Shown here: positions 1 to 9,867 of the stretch, one piece after another | Numbering within the stretch: the first letter of the stretch is position 1 | How the letters are laid out: each line of letters begins with the position of its first letter | Origin: an uncultured delta proteobacterium | Lineage (GTDB): Bacteria > Desulfobacterota > WTBG01 > CAIYCZ01 | NCBI GenBank assembly: GCA_963803975.1 | Contig: CAWDOY010000012.1 | Span: forward strand, 8,486 to 72,485 | Direction: 5' to 3' | DNA length: 64,000 bases | Translations under genes and position numbers: made by a program | The notes under the pieces: generated by a model | The model's database searches: none | Seen by the model: the letters and a program-made list of their open reading frames with translations, nothing else | Told to the model about the DNA's origin: nothing

Positions 1-1452
1 AGCACTGGAAACACAGTCTCCACCGGCAAAAACATCTGCCATGCCTGTCTGCATGGTATGCCTATCCGCCTTGATCATGGGCTGCATTCCCTGTTTCATA
101 TCAACACCTAGCAGGACATCCGCTCCCCGGGAGCCTTCAAGGCAGCTGAGGTCAGGACTTTGACCGGCTGCAACAATCAGGGTCTCGCAGTCATCCGAGA
201 CCGTGCCAGATTCGTCATAGCAGGGGTTAAAATTGCCGTTGCTGTCAAAAACAGTGATGCATCGCTTCAGCTCAACTCCTGCAACCCGGCCGCTCCTGGC
301 AATAATGTGCTTGATACCCCACTCATTCAGGATGGTAATGCCTTCTGCCTCGGCTGCATCTACTGCCCGTTGATGGGCGGGCATTTCATGCTTTTTCTCA
401 AGGCAATAAATTCGTACATCTGCAGCCCCTTTCCTGCGAGCAACCCGCGCTGCGTCCATGGCTGCACCGCCTCCACCGATTATGATTACCTTCTTCCCGA
501 TGGTATAATCCTTCCCGCGACTCTGATTGTTGAGAACACTGAGCGCAGTGGTTACTCCCTCAATCCCTTCGTTTTCAAGGTGCATTCTCAGCGGCTCCTG
601 GGCTCCCAGTGCCAAAAAAACCGCATCGAACTCACGCCGCAGATAGTCAAGTGAGATGTCCCTGCCCAACAGGGTATTTGGATGGGTCCTGGCTCCCAGT
701 TTTTGTATTGTCTCCACCTCAGCGTCAACCAGGCTGCGCGGCAAATTGAAGCAGGGAATAGCATATTGGAGCATGCCCCCCGGTTTTTCGTTTGCGTCAA
801 ATAGGCTGCACATATGTCCCATAAGCAACAGGTAATAGGCGGCAGTAAGGCCTGCAGGGCCTGCGCCGACAATGGCTATCTTTTTCCCTGTGGCGGAAGC
901 TTTTTCTGGAATAAACTCTTCTTCTGTATCTGCAACATACCGCTTCAGGTCACAGATCGCAACCGGCGCTTCTGCCAGCTGCCTGCGGCAGGCATCCTCG
1001 CAGGGACGCTGACATATGCGTCCTAAAACGCCTGCAAATGGTATCTTCTGCTTGATCAGTTCGAGAGCCCTGCGGTTATCATTGCAGCTCAGCTGAAATA
1101 TAAATCCAGGTATATCGATCCCGGCAGGACATGCAGTTACGCAGGGGGCAAGGCAGTCACCCAGGTGATCCGATAACAGCAGCTCGATACATGTCCGGCG
1201 CGCTTTGTGCACGCTCCTAGTTGTTGTCTGAATCTTCATGCCGCCAGTAATCTCGGTGGCGCATGATGGTACGAGATCAGTCTGCCCTTCGACCTCAACC
1301 ATGCACAAACCGCATGATGCGCGGGGTTCCAGATCACGGCAGTAACATAACGTCGGGATAAATATTCCTGCCTGCTCTGCAGCTGCGAGAATCGTGCTCC
1401 CCGCAGCAGCCTCGACTTTCGTGCCGTCAATCGTCACCGTTACTGTTTTCAC
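1..1452 (-). CDS. 2Fe-2S (NuoG N-terminal-like) plus GltD-like FAD/NAD(P)-dependent oxidoreductase, 3' end runs off the window
   Basis: Manual translation from GTG at 1452: VKTVTVTIDG...IPTLCY...SCGLCMVEV...SCAT; CLAPCVTACPAGIDIPG; GRICQRPCEDACRR; IAIVGAGPAGL; VIIIGGGGAAMDAAR; ends ...VFAGGDCVSSA at the window edge in the same frame. Absent from the ORF track because it has no stop inside the window. Confidence 0.85.
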   Translation of the reverse strand, partial: MKTVTVTIDGTKVEAAAGSTILAAAEQAGIFIPTLCYCRDLEPRASCGLCMVEVEGQTDLVPSCATEITGGMKIQTTTRSVHKARRTCIELLLSDHLGDCLAPCVTACPAGIDIPGFIFQLSCNDNRRALELIKQKIPFAGVLGRICQRPCEDACRRQLAEAPVAICDLKRYVADTEEEFIPEKASATGKKIAIVGAGPAGLTAAYYLLLMGHMCSLFDANEKPGGMLQYAIPCFNLPRSLVDAEVETIQKLGARTHPNTLLGRDISLDYLRREFDAVFLALGAQEPLRMHLENEGIEGVTTALSVLNNQSRGKDYTIGKKVIIIGGGGAAMDAARVARRKGAADVRIYCLEKKHEMPAHQRAVDAAEAEGITILNEWGIKHIIARSGRVAGVELKRCITVFDSNGNFNPCYDESGTVSDDCETLIVAAGQSPDLSCLEGSRGADVLLGVDMKQGMQPMIKADRHTMQTGMADVFAGGDCVSSA

Positions 1453-1494
1453 TTTTTCTCTAACACGCCATTTCAGGTATTGCAGGTTAAATGC

Positions 1495-1574
1495 CTAGCA
1501 ATAATTGCTAGACCCATTAAAAAATTAAAGGATAGAGAAAATTTTCTCTATCCTGCCTCTGGGGGGGGGAGGCA
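1495..1574. repeat. Cluster of intergenic inverted repeats
   Basis: CTAGCAAT-A-ATTGCTAG (1495-1511); perfect 26-bp palindrome AGGATAGAGAAAATTTTCTCTATCCT (1529-1554); TGCCTC..G-run..GAGGCA (1554-1574). Confidence 0.8.
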
Positions 1575-1645
1575 TCTGGATGGATATGGTTAAAACAAAC
1601 TCATAAAAAACAGGGTTTAATTTTTTCATCAGAACTGACTGATCA

Positions 1646-2275
1646 TCAATGTTGGCCGTTTTTCGCACTTGGTATATTACACGTGTTTGATGGGCACCTA
1701 CGCTCTAAAACATGTTCTGCATACTGGGATCGAAACAAACGAAGCGAGTCGTCCACCACAGCACCAGCGGATTTTCCGACCTGGCACATGCTTGCGCTCG
1801 CGGCCTGTACCGCCAGATCCTCCAGCACATCGATGTCCCTTGAGGTGCCGGCACCTGCACAGATGCGGTTGAGTATCTCGAGCATCCGCAGGGTGCCAAT
1901 GCGACATGCGGAGCATTCTCCGCATGATTCCTTATACAGGGCATCAAGAAAAAAACGGGCGACATCAACCATGCAGCAGGTCTCTGCCCAGACGACGCTG
2001 CCACTTCGACCGCTCATAAAGACCCTATTGGTGATATCATCATGCTGGATGCGAAAGTCAAACAGATTGTGGGGAAGCTGCTCAGCCACAGGTACGGCAT
2101 CGCGCCCTGCATATAAAAAATCAGCCGGGTAGACACCGCTGGAAATAACCCTGCTGTTGATTCTCATACAGGTACTCATTTCAACCTGATGGGGAAGCTG
2201 CGACCTTCTTTTTAGCTTATATCGCTTTAGTCGCTGCTCAAAAATTTCCTCGGGATAGCTTTTGCTTTTACTCAT
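1646..2275 (-). CDS. NuoF/HydB C-terminal 4Fe-4S-binding domain protein (stand-alone, lacks the FMN/NADH domain)
   Basis: CMVDVARFFL...ESCGECSACRIGT...ASMCQVGK...CPSNTC matches the NuoF C-terminal motif; only 209 aa. Confidence 0.8.
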   Translation of the reverse strand: MSKSKSYPEEIFEQRLKRYKLKRRSQLPHQVEMSTCMRINSRVISSGVYPADFLYAGRDAVPVAEQLPHNLFDFRIQHDDITNRVFMSGRSGSVVWAETCCMVDVARFFLDALYKESCGECSACRIGTLRMLEILNRICAGAGTSRDIDVLEDLAVQAASASMCQVGKSAGAVVDDSLRLFRSQYAEHVLERRCPSNTCNIPSAKNGQH

Positions 2276-3434
2276 CGTAGGAAAGATATTTTTTAGGATT
2301 TTCTATTAACATCGTATCTATTGCTTTTTGAGAAACTCCGTACGCATTTTTTAAAACAGGTATTATTGTTTCTAAAAGGTGGGTATATCCATAACCCCCA
2401 TACTTTTTGTAATGAATCTTCATGTAGCACTCACAGGAAGGCAGGAGCTGCTCCGCATAACCTTCTTCAACCAGCTTTGCAAGCACCTCCATCCTTTGCC
2501 GGTTGTCATAGTTGATGCCGTAGCCAAGCCCTATGAGATAGGTTTCATCATTAAACCCGTCAAAGCTAAGACCTATGCCTCTGTCAAGAAGGGATCTCAG
2601 CAAATCAATATTGCAGGTATAGCAGTCACTGTGATTCATATAAAACTTATCAAAATTAACCCCCTCTTGCTTTAGAATATCCAGGTATTGATGGAGGCTG
2701 CTCTCCTTTAACGGCTTGTCTTTGATGTATGAGGTAAGCTTGGAATTATAGAGCAGCTGTTCGTGCCCGTTGGGATGAACACAGAACGGCCTTCCCGTTT
2801 TTACCTGAGCCCTGCAGCAAGCCAGGAAGCACTTTTTCTCGTCTTCATTGTTAAAAGCCTTGAACCCTCCTCCTACCCCAACCTTGATGATGCCGGCTTT
2901 AATCCCGCCTGTGTCTATTGGGTAGCCGTACCCGGTGCCCCAGTTGTACCTGCACCCTTCGGTTATTTCTTGAACAAGAATGTCACACAGCTCATCTGCG
3001 GTTTTATCCTTTATATAGGGCGGGTGAGTCGGGGCTAAGTACCATCCGCTTGCACAGATAATGTTCACACCGCTGGCAATTGCCATTTTTTTCTGGCCGA
3101 TCGGATCACGTGTCGGCAGCAGGGTCGTGGGACAGGTGTCAACAATGGTACAACACCCCGCCATTTTCAGTTCGCGCAGCTCCTGGATCACCATGTCCAG
3201 GTCGTCAATCACCAGATTGTCAAGGCAGGAAAGGGGATCGATGCGCAGCCTGCCCAGAATTTCGATACAAACCCTGGCATCTTTTATAAAGGCTCCTGAA
3301 GATGCTTTGTATTCAGTATACCAGTTTGAGATATTGGTCGTCGTGTGCATGTGGCACAAGGTGACCCCAAGTTCAGCGGGCGAGATCGGGCCGCGAACAG
3401 TCATCACCCTCTTTTCAGCCATGCCTCTCTCCAA
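2268..3434 (-). CDS. Phosphotriesterase-related metallohydrolase (PTE/lactonase family)
   Basis: MTVRGPISPAELGVTLCHMH (HxH), GIKAGIIKVG, CVHP, MNHSD, YGGYGYTHL, MLIENPKKY. Confidence 0.85.
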   Translation of the reverse strand: MERGMAEKRVMTVRGPISPAELGVTLCHMHTTTNISNWYTEYKASSGAFIKDARVCIEILGRLRIDPLSCLDNLVIDDLDMVIQELRELKMAGCCTIVDTCPTTLLPTRDPIGQKKMAIASGVNIICASGWYLAPTHPPYIKDKTADELCDILVQEITEGCRYNWGTGYGYPIDTGGIKAGIIKVGVGGGFKAFNNEDEKKCFLACCRAQVKTGRPFCVHPNGHEQLLYNSKLTSYIKDKPLKESSLHQYLDILKQEGVNFDKFYMNHSDCYTCNIDLLRSLLDRGIGLSFDGFNDETYLIGLGYGINYDNRQRMEVLAKLVEEGYAEQLLPSCECYMKIHYKKYGGYGYTHLLETIIPVLKNAYGVSQKAIDTMLIENPKKYLSYDE

Positions 3435-3523
3435 TGGAAGGGATTCTTAATCCAAAAAATATACGGCAGACTTAGTTTAAAATATGCACAAACAGCTTTG
3501 AACAATGACTGTATCGGGAATTC

Positions 3524-4801
3524 TTAGTACCCGTACTCCAGTAAAGCCTTGGGTGAAAAATAATCATACTGCAATCCTAATCCCTTTTCTCCGGCTGCCC
3601 ATTCTGTAAAATATGCTTTTGTCCCATGGAGCCGCTGTACATCAATAACGGTTTGATTCGCAATTGCCAAAACCATCTGGCCATCATATGCCGATTTAAC
3701 TGTTCTATAGGATACTTCAAAAAGTTTCCACAATTTGCCCAGCTTGTCATATTTATCAGCATACAGAATAACCCAATTCTCCGGGTCAAGATACCAGATC
3801 TCCTTGCTGTAAATATAATTCGGGTCCTTGTTCTTACACTCTACTACATACATATTGATTCTCTCGCGCTGGTACCCGCTCACATAGCACTGTCCCTCTA
3901 TATCGTTTGCTTTCAGCTTCATCGGGTCCTGATGCCGGGGCATGAGCAGTTCTTTTCTTCCTATTGTTTTATACACATTATCTCTAATTACCCAGTTGTA
4001 CCCGCCCTGGTCATTATAGGTAATGTCCGAAGGACCGATATGGGTCTGCCGCTGGGCTGTAGATCTGCGGACAACCCGTCTGGTCGAGCTTGAAAACTCC
4101 CACGAACCGTAATCCTTCCCCCTGTCGTTCCACTTCACCGTCATGGCCCGCATACCCTTGAACGCAGGGGGTTCATAATATTGCATATGGTATGCTTGGT
4201 ACATGTCTTTCGGGTTAGGTACAAATGCCGGCGCCGGTGGAACATCTCTCCGCCCGGTAAACCAGGTCTGATACTCATCAACAATCATGGGGCGGTTACT
4301 TTTTTTCCTGCCGTCGACAATTTCCATATGGGTATGATCCCGAAAATTATCTCCCCTGCTAAAATTGTCGAAATTATAGGCCATTTCTAATGGGGTCTGG
4401 GGGTTAGGGAATGGAACCCCGGATACATAATTCAAAAGGTTCTCGTCAGGCCCTATTTTACACTGGCCAGCTTCGGTAAATTTTATATCACCCTTGGTCG
4501 GTATAAACTCCTGGTAGGGGACTATCTCAAACCAGTACTCTCCCCATTTTCCAGGGTCGGTTAATAAACTATACAAATTTTCAGGAAGAAGTTCCTTAAC
4601 CTTACCAATGTTAGCAGGGGTAATTTTTTGACCCACCCAGGTTTTTTCCCATTCTCTTAATTGCTCAAGCTCTTTTGCCTCATAACACAATACCGGATAT
4701 CGGATTTCTGCAGCCCGGCTGGTCGCAGGCATAAAAAGCCCTACCCATAGCATTACCGTTATTACCAGGATTAATAATGAAAACATTTTTTTGTTGTCCA
4801 T
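3524..4801 (-). CDS. DUF1329 family periplasmic protein
   Basis: Signal peptide; KITPANI, GVPFPNPQTPLEMAYNF, RRVVRRS, YIYSKEIWYLDPE..YADKYDKLGKLWK; adjacent to DUF1302/RND/YCF48. Confidence 0.8.
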   Translation of the reverse strand: MDNKKMFSLLILVITVMLWVGLFMPATSRAAEIRYPVLCYEAKELEQLREWEKTWVGQKITPANIGKVKELLPENLYSLLTDPGKWGEYWFEIVPYQEFIPTKGDIKFTEAGQCKIGPDENLLNYVSGVPFPNPQTPLEMAYNFDNFSRGDNFRDHTHMEIVDGRKKSNRPMIVDEYQTWFTGRRDVPPAPAFVPNPKDMYQAYHMQYYEPPAFKGMRAMTVKWNDRGKDYGSWEFSSSTRRVVRRSTAQRQTHIGPSDITYNDQGGYNWVIRDNVYKTIGRKELLMPRHQDPMKLKANDIEGQCYVSGYQRERINMYVVECKNKDPNYIYSKEIWYLDPENWVILYADKYDKLGKLWKLFEVSYRTVKSAYDGQMVLAIANQTVIDVQRLHGTKAYFTEWAAGEKGLGLQYDYFSPKALLEYGY

Positions 4802-4869
4802 GTTTTTAACCTCCTTTTGTTTATCTGCATGACAGACAGCTATAGCGATGCAGCAGCAGGGGTTTTTGT

Positions 4870-6351
4870 TCAGAATTCATATTTTACTGAAAGCCCCACT
4901 TGATTGCCATATTTGTCGAGATGCTTGTTTAAATCCTGATAAAAGAGAACAAACTGCCAGTGGAAAGTGGGCATATAGACTAACTGGGGCAGCAAGGTGC
5001 GGCTGCCGTTTGTGTCATACGATATGTTAAACACGGTGGTCAGGGTGCTGAATAAAAAAGTGGTTGATGCGGTAAAGCTAAATTTGGTCTGTGATGAATC
5101 CTTGCCTGTTTCACCGATTATGTATTCGCCAGTGGCCTTATTATGTTCATGATCAAACATATAGTACTGATACCAGGTAAAGGACAAACTGAACGGCTCA
5201 TTCCGGTTCATATCGGATATCCAGGGAACCATGGTTTTTCTGTCAAACGTGAGAGCAGTAGTAAGAAGTCTTCTCTGTTTAATAGCACTGACACTGTTAG
5301 CAGCCGTGCCATAATTGTAATCCCGGCTTGTGTTAAAAGCACATTCACCCCTGATGGCCGAGCGAAGCTTTGACGAGGTGGTGGAAAAACAAAAGGCAGT
5401 AGAGTTGTAGCGCGGGTACGTCCATACTTTACGGGAAGTATCACCGAGCAGCATGAGGAGTAATAAATTAGTCTGCCCCTCTGCGCCGTTTATGAGCGGG
5501 GAGTCAAGCCTGGTATAAAAATGAGAGAGATACCAGTCCACACCTTCACCTATTGTGGAGTATCCCCGTATTCTCAACCCAACTTCACAATTGTTCCAGC
5601 TGGAACTCGGGGCATCCCTTCGCTGTGCATCAAGAACCCGCTGGAACCAATTGCTCGGCAGTATGGGGAGTGGCATTGGGGACTGCCCGACGTAAGCGCC
5701 ATGCCCTGCGGGCGGGACTCTCGTTCCAATAAAGGTAGATGGTATTACAAGAAATTCAAACGACATATCCTGCCACCAGTTTTCCGGCCGCCAGAACATC
5801 CGTGCCATCCAGAGACCCATCTTATAGTCCTCCCAGTCCGGAAAAGCGATTATATACTTCAAATTAAGAGGGTTGATAACGTCTGCCACACGTGCTTCAG
5901 CAGTCTCCCCCCAGCTTACCAGCTGCTTGCCCAAACGGAGCTGAAAGGTTTTATACTTTACATCAAAGTAAGCCTCCTTGAGATACTCTTCGCTGTCGCT
6001 CGGCCTTTGGACGTTATTATAATAACTGCGGCCAGCTTCTTGTCCGACTGAGTATCTCATATTCGAGTCTATATCAAGAACATAGTCATAATAGTAATTG
6101 GCAAGTGAATAAAATTGAATATCAAGCTCAGGGCAGCTCACTATTTTGTATAAAGCTTCACCTCGTACCGTTGTCCTGAAGCTGTTATACCGTATATTGC
6201 GTTCATCCTGATGAGTTTTTACATTCAGTGTCTGCTGAATACTCCCCTTAAAATCCAGCTTTCCATCGTACAACGATAAGGGAAATGCACTGCTCTGCAG
6301 TAAAAACAGCAATGCAATTACCATGAAAAGATTGAAAAATGTTTTTTTCAT
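4870..6351 (-). CDS. DUF1302 family outer-membrane beta-barrel protein
   Basis: Signal peptide; LKEAYFD..LRLGKQLVSWGE..VADVINP; C-terminal VGLSVKYEF (terminal Phe). Confidence 0.8.
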   Translation of the reverse strand: MKKTFFNLFMVIALLFLLQSSAFPLSLYDGKLDFKGSIQQTLNVKTHQDERNIRYNSFRTTVRGEALYKIVSCPELDIQFYSLANYYYDYVLDIDSNMRYSVGQEAGRSYYNNVQRPSDSEEYLKEAYFDVKYKTFQLRLGKQLVSWGETAEARVADVINPLNLKYIIAFPDWEDYKMGLWMARMFWRPENWWQDMSFEFLVIPSTFIGTRVPPAGHGAYVGQSPMPLPILPSNWFQRVLDAQRRDAPSSSWNNCEVGLRIRGYSTIGEGVDWYLSHFYTRLDSPLINGAEGQTNLLLLMLLGDTSRKVWTYPRYNSTAFCFSTTSSKLRSAIRGECAFNTSRDYNYGTAANSVSAIKQRRLLTTALTFDRKTMVPWISDMNRNEPFSLSFTWYQYYMFDHEHNKATGEYIIGETGKDSSQTKFSFTASTTFLFSTLTTVFNISYDTNGSRTLLPQLVYMPTFHWQFVLFYQDLNKHLDKYGNQVGLSVKYEF

Positions 6352-6442
6352 TTCTACCCCTCCTCCTCACGGAAAATTTTTTTACGTTACCGTTTTATAG
6401 AAACACCCCGTGAATATCTATGCTAAATAGCCCTTCAGGCTA

Positions 6443-8803
6443 TTAATTTGAAGTCTTATTTATAAGAAACTTTGGTTTTAATAAAAATACCAGTACCGGA
6501 ACGAGAAATATCGCTCCAAGACAGTTCAGAAAGAGTATCACCGCCAGCATCATGCCCATCTGTGCCTGGAACTTGAGGGGTGATAAAGTCCAAATCAGCA
6601 GCCCGAGCACTAGGGTGCCGGCAATATAGATTATGGATTTGCCATACGACTGTATGGTGCAAATCAGCGCCTCAGCCAGCGACCGTGAGGGGTCCCTCCT
6701 CTTTTCCTCTTCAAGACGTGCCAGAAAATATATTCCGTAATCAACCCCCATGCCGATTCCTGCAGCAGATACCGGCAGCGTGGAGATGGAAAGGCCGATC
6801 TGGAATATTGCCATGTAGGCAAATGCTATCCAGTTTGAAAGGAGAAGAGGGATGGTAAGTATCAACCCAGCTTTAATTGACTTGAACTCAAGGGTACAGA
6901 AGAAAAACACTCCAAGCAGGGCTATGAGCAAAGTTTGGAGTTGCTTCTCTGCAACAACCTCGTTTATAGCAGCTTCCACCCCGATAACACCTCCCGCAAG
7001 CTTATATGAAACCGCGTCATTTGCTTTGAGCACTGAATGCTCATTCATAAAAGCTCGTGCTGTATCAATAGCCTTTTTTATAGTGGGGCCGGTTTTATCT
7101 TTGAAAAGAACGACAATATTTGTGTACTGGTCATGATAATCCATGAACCGCTCCACAAATCCGGGATCCCCGCCGCTTGCCAGCTGTTGAAACAGGTGGA
7201 TGATATCGAACTCGGCGTCCGGAAACCCGTACCACTTGGGGTCATCAGCATGCATACCCTGATTCATGCCCAGCAAGAGCTGTACAATATTCTGTGTGCC
7301 TGCCGATCCGGAGTTCTTCTCCATATAGCGGCTGAAGTGATATATATCTTTTATCACCCTGCCCGTTTTTATTGCATACCTCTGTGAACCTGAAACAATA
7401 ATGTACAGCGGATTTATTAATGGGTGGGTCTTGTTTATGCGCTCGCTGTCCTGGTTGTAGCGGGAGGAAGGATAGAGGTAATTAGAGCCGACCTCAGCGT
7501 CTCCAACAATGAGGCGCTCTGACCAGTAATAGGAAAACACCAAAATGATCAGCACGCTGACGATGACCGTATTTCTCCCGCGGCGTGCTAAGAGCCAGGG
7601 ACCCAGCCAATCGGCAAATCTGTTTGCCAGCCCTGTCCTCTTTTTATCCTTTTCCCGCTCTTTTTCTATATGCTTTAAAAATTTTTTAGAAATGGGGCAG
7701 TAGGTTAGCAGCACCGGGGTTAGAATAAGGCCGATAAAAACTGTTATTATAGACCAGAAAGCACAGGCGATTGAAATGTTGCGAAGCATTGGTATGGGCA
7801 CAATTGCCACGATGGCAATCCCGAAGGCGTCGGTTATGACACTGGTCAGACCCGGAAGAAACATCTCTTGAATGATGGTCTTTGCAGCCTGCTGCTGGTC
7901 ACCGTGGGTTATATATTCTTCGTAGAAGCGGTTGTACAGCTGGTGGGAGTGGCGGAACGCCATGAGCCCGATGAGAAACGGCATCACAAAAATAAGCGGA
8001 TCTAAATTGTATCCCATAAGGCCCATAAATCCCAGGCCCCAAATCCCTGAGATAATCCCTGCTGAAGGAACAAGAAACGTTGGCCAGAGAGACCTGTAGG
8101 CAAAAAACAGCAATACCGGAATCACCAGGGCTGTGCAGATAAGAATATAATTAATCGTATCGACCATGTTCCCGATTATTCCGATGTGCATGGGATAACC
8201 CACAATGCAGAGCCTGTGCTGATCATCCTCCACCGTATCGCGTATCCTGGTGAGGCCCTGGTAGATCAGATTATAGTCAAGTTTTTCCTCGTAAAAATCG
8301 GCCGTGATCAGGGAGTTCTTGCAGTCATTCGACACATAAGTTCCGTAGTACATCATGTTAGAAAAAATCGAATCCTTCAGCTTCTTCATTTCCTGTTCTG
8401 TTTTAGGGATTTCAGGCCACATGAGATAATTGGTCTCGATGCCCCATGAGGTGAATTTGAACGTGCTGAATTTCTGGTGGGCAATGGAGAGGATTTTGTG
8501 CCGGTCAATGCCCGGAATGGTGAGCAGCTCATCGGTCACATATTTTATCTTCCCAAGAGTTACCTGATTAAAAATGTCCCCGCTTTTGACCTGAAGCAGC
8601 ATGATTAGCTGATTTGCCCCGCCGAAATTCTCCTGAAACTCCTTGTGTATCTTAATGTAGGGATGGCTTTGCGGCAAAAGATCACCAAAGCTGGTCATAA
8701 CGTTTAATTTGGGTATCTGCGTGGCCCACAGCACGGTAACAATTGCGGTGAGTATAAGGATGACTGCGCGAAACCGTACAGTCACTTCAGCAAACTTCTT
8801 CAT
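6443..8803 (-). CDS. RND/MMPL family transporter
   Basis: 786 aa, duplicated TM architecture; DLLPQSHPY, FGGAN, GIGMGVDYGIY. Confidence 0.9.
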   Translation of the reverse strand: MKKFAEVTVRFRAVILILTAIVTVLWATQIPKLNVMTSFGDLLPQSHPYIKIHKEFQENFGGANQLIMLLQVKSGDIFNQVTLGKIKYVTDELLTIPGIDRHKILSIAHQKFSTFKFTSWGIETNYLMWPEIPKTEQEMKKLKDSIFSNMMYYGTYVSNDCKNSLITADFYEEKLDYNLIYQGLTRIRDTVEDDQHRLCIVGYPMHIGIIGNMVDTINYILICTALVIPVLLFFAYRSLWPTFLVPSAGIISGIWGLGFMGLMGYNLDPLIFVMPFLIGLMAFRHSHQLYNRFYEEYITHGDQQQAAKTIIQEMFLPGLTSVITDAFGIAIVAIVPIPMLRNISIACAFWSIITVFIGLILTPVLLTYCPISKKFLKHIEKEREKDKKRTGLANRFADWLGPWLLARRGRNTVIVSVLIILVFSYYWSERLIVGDAEVGSNYLYPSSRYNQDSERINKTHPLINPLYIIVSGSQRYAIKTGRVIKDIYHFSRYMEKNSGSAGTQNIVQLLLGMNQGMHADDPKWYGFPDAEFDIIHLFQQLASGGDPGFVERFMDYHDQYTNIVVLFKDKTGPTIKKAIDTARAFMNEHSVLKANDAVSYKLAGGVIGVEAAINEVVAEKQLQTLLIALLGVFFFCTLEFKSIKAGLILTIPLLLSNWIAFAYMAIFQIGLSISTLPVSAAGIGMGVDYGIYFLARLEEEKRRDPSRSLAEALICTIQSYGKSIIYIAGTLVLGLLIWTLSPLKFQAQMGMMLAVILFLNCLGAIFLVPVLVFLLKPKFLINKTSN

Positions 8804-8817
8804 GTGCCATGCCCCTG

Positions 8818-9861
8818 TCAGTTAAAATATATTCCGGAGCTTCTTTTCCATTCAGCACCTGCGTTGTCAGTGTAGAGTATTGTTCCCCGGGCGCCTACGA
8901 TCCAGCCGTGTTTTCCACTGCTAAAAGCCATGCCTCTCAGCCAGAATTTAGTTCCCAGCGCAGACTCAAGAAGCTTCCACGTATTACCGCCATCAGAAGA
9001 AACCATATAACTTCCATGTGCCCCTATAGCCCAGCCTTTTTCTCCCACTACGGTAACCTGGTAAAGGGTAAAATCGGTCTTGGGGGTCAGCCGCTTCCAG
9101 GTCTTGCCGCCGTCCTCGGTTTTAATAATGATCCCGTCCATGCCTGTTGCCCAGCCGACAAGAGGTGATTTGAAGTATACCCCGTAGAGATTCGGGGGAG
9201 GGGGAGGAAAATCCTTTTCAGCCTCTTCGGGCTGAATCTCATTGCATACTTGCGGACTCCAGGTCATGCCGCCATCTTCCGTATGGTAGATGACACTGTA
9301 TTCGCCAACGATCCAGCCTTTCTGGGCATCAAAGAAATAGACCCCGTTGTAATACCGGTCTTCACCGCGGCCCTGCTTTACCCAGGTCTCCCCCCCGTTG
9401 CCGGTATGCAGAATGGTGCCCATAGTACCGACAGCCCAGCCGGTCTTTATATCTATGAAATGCACATCAAACAACCGCTGATCAGTGTTTGTTTCCTGTT
9501 TTGTCCACGTTTTACCGCCGTTGCTGGTATGGAAAACCGTCCCCCGCTGCCCAACCATCCATCCGTTGTCCGTATCAACAAAACATAGGTCATACAGATC
9601 TACTGCAACCGGTGGTTTCTGGGTTTCCCAGCTTTTTCCCCCGTCTGATGTGTGAAGAACAATTCCTTCAAACCCGGCAATCCAGGCATGACTGCTTCCC
9701 TGGGACTCCACGGCAAACAGATGTTCAGTCGTAACCATGGGCCTGCGACTTCGGGCATTGCCAGTGAGTTGATTCGCTTCATTTCCCTTACTTAAGCATC
9801 CTTCAAGAATCAGAAGCAGGATTACCCATAGGAAGGCGTGCTTTTTGACTGATGTATCCAT
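8818..9861 (-). CDS. YCF48-like BNR-repeat beta-propeller lipoprotein
   Basis: Repeated Asp-box motifs (HTSDGGKSW, HTSNGGKTW, HTGNGGETW, HTEDGGMTW, KTEDGGKTW); lipobox-like LEGC. Confidence 0.9.
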   Translation of the reverse strand: MDTSVKKHAFLWVILLLILEGCLSKGNEANQLTGNARSRRPMVTTEHLFAVESQGSSHAWIAGFEGIVLHTSDGGKSWETQKPPVAVDLYDLCFVDTDNGWMVGQRGTVFHTSNGGKTWTKQETNTDQRLFDVHFIDIKTGWAVGTMGTILHTGNGGETWVKQGRGEDRYYNGVYFFDAQKGWIVGEYSVIYHTEDGGMTWSPQVCNEIQPEEAEKDFPPPPPNLYGVYFKSPLVGWATGMDGIIIKTEDGGKTWKRLTPKTDFTLYQVTVVGEKGWAIGAHGSYMVSSDGGNTWKLLESALGTKFWLRGMAFSSGKHGWIVGARGTILYTDNAGAEWKRSSGIYFN

Positions 9862-9867
9862 AGTCCC

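Noticed and set aside
160..1430. Short ORF-track calls here and the many antisense or nested ORFs across the window
   Set aside because: They are shadows of longer motif-bearing genes in GC-rich DNA.
8818..9861. YCF48 as photosystem II assembly factor supporting phototrophy
   Set aside because: Generic BNR propeller in the usual RND/DUF1302/DUF1329 context; not evidence of photosynthesis.
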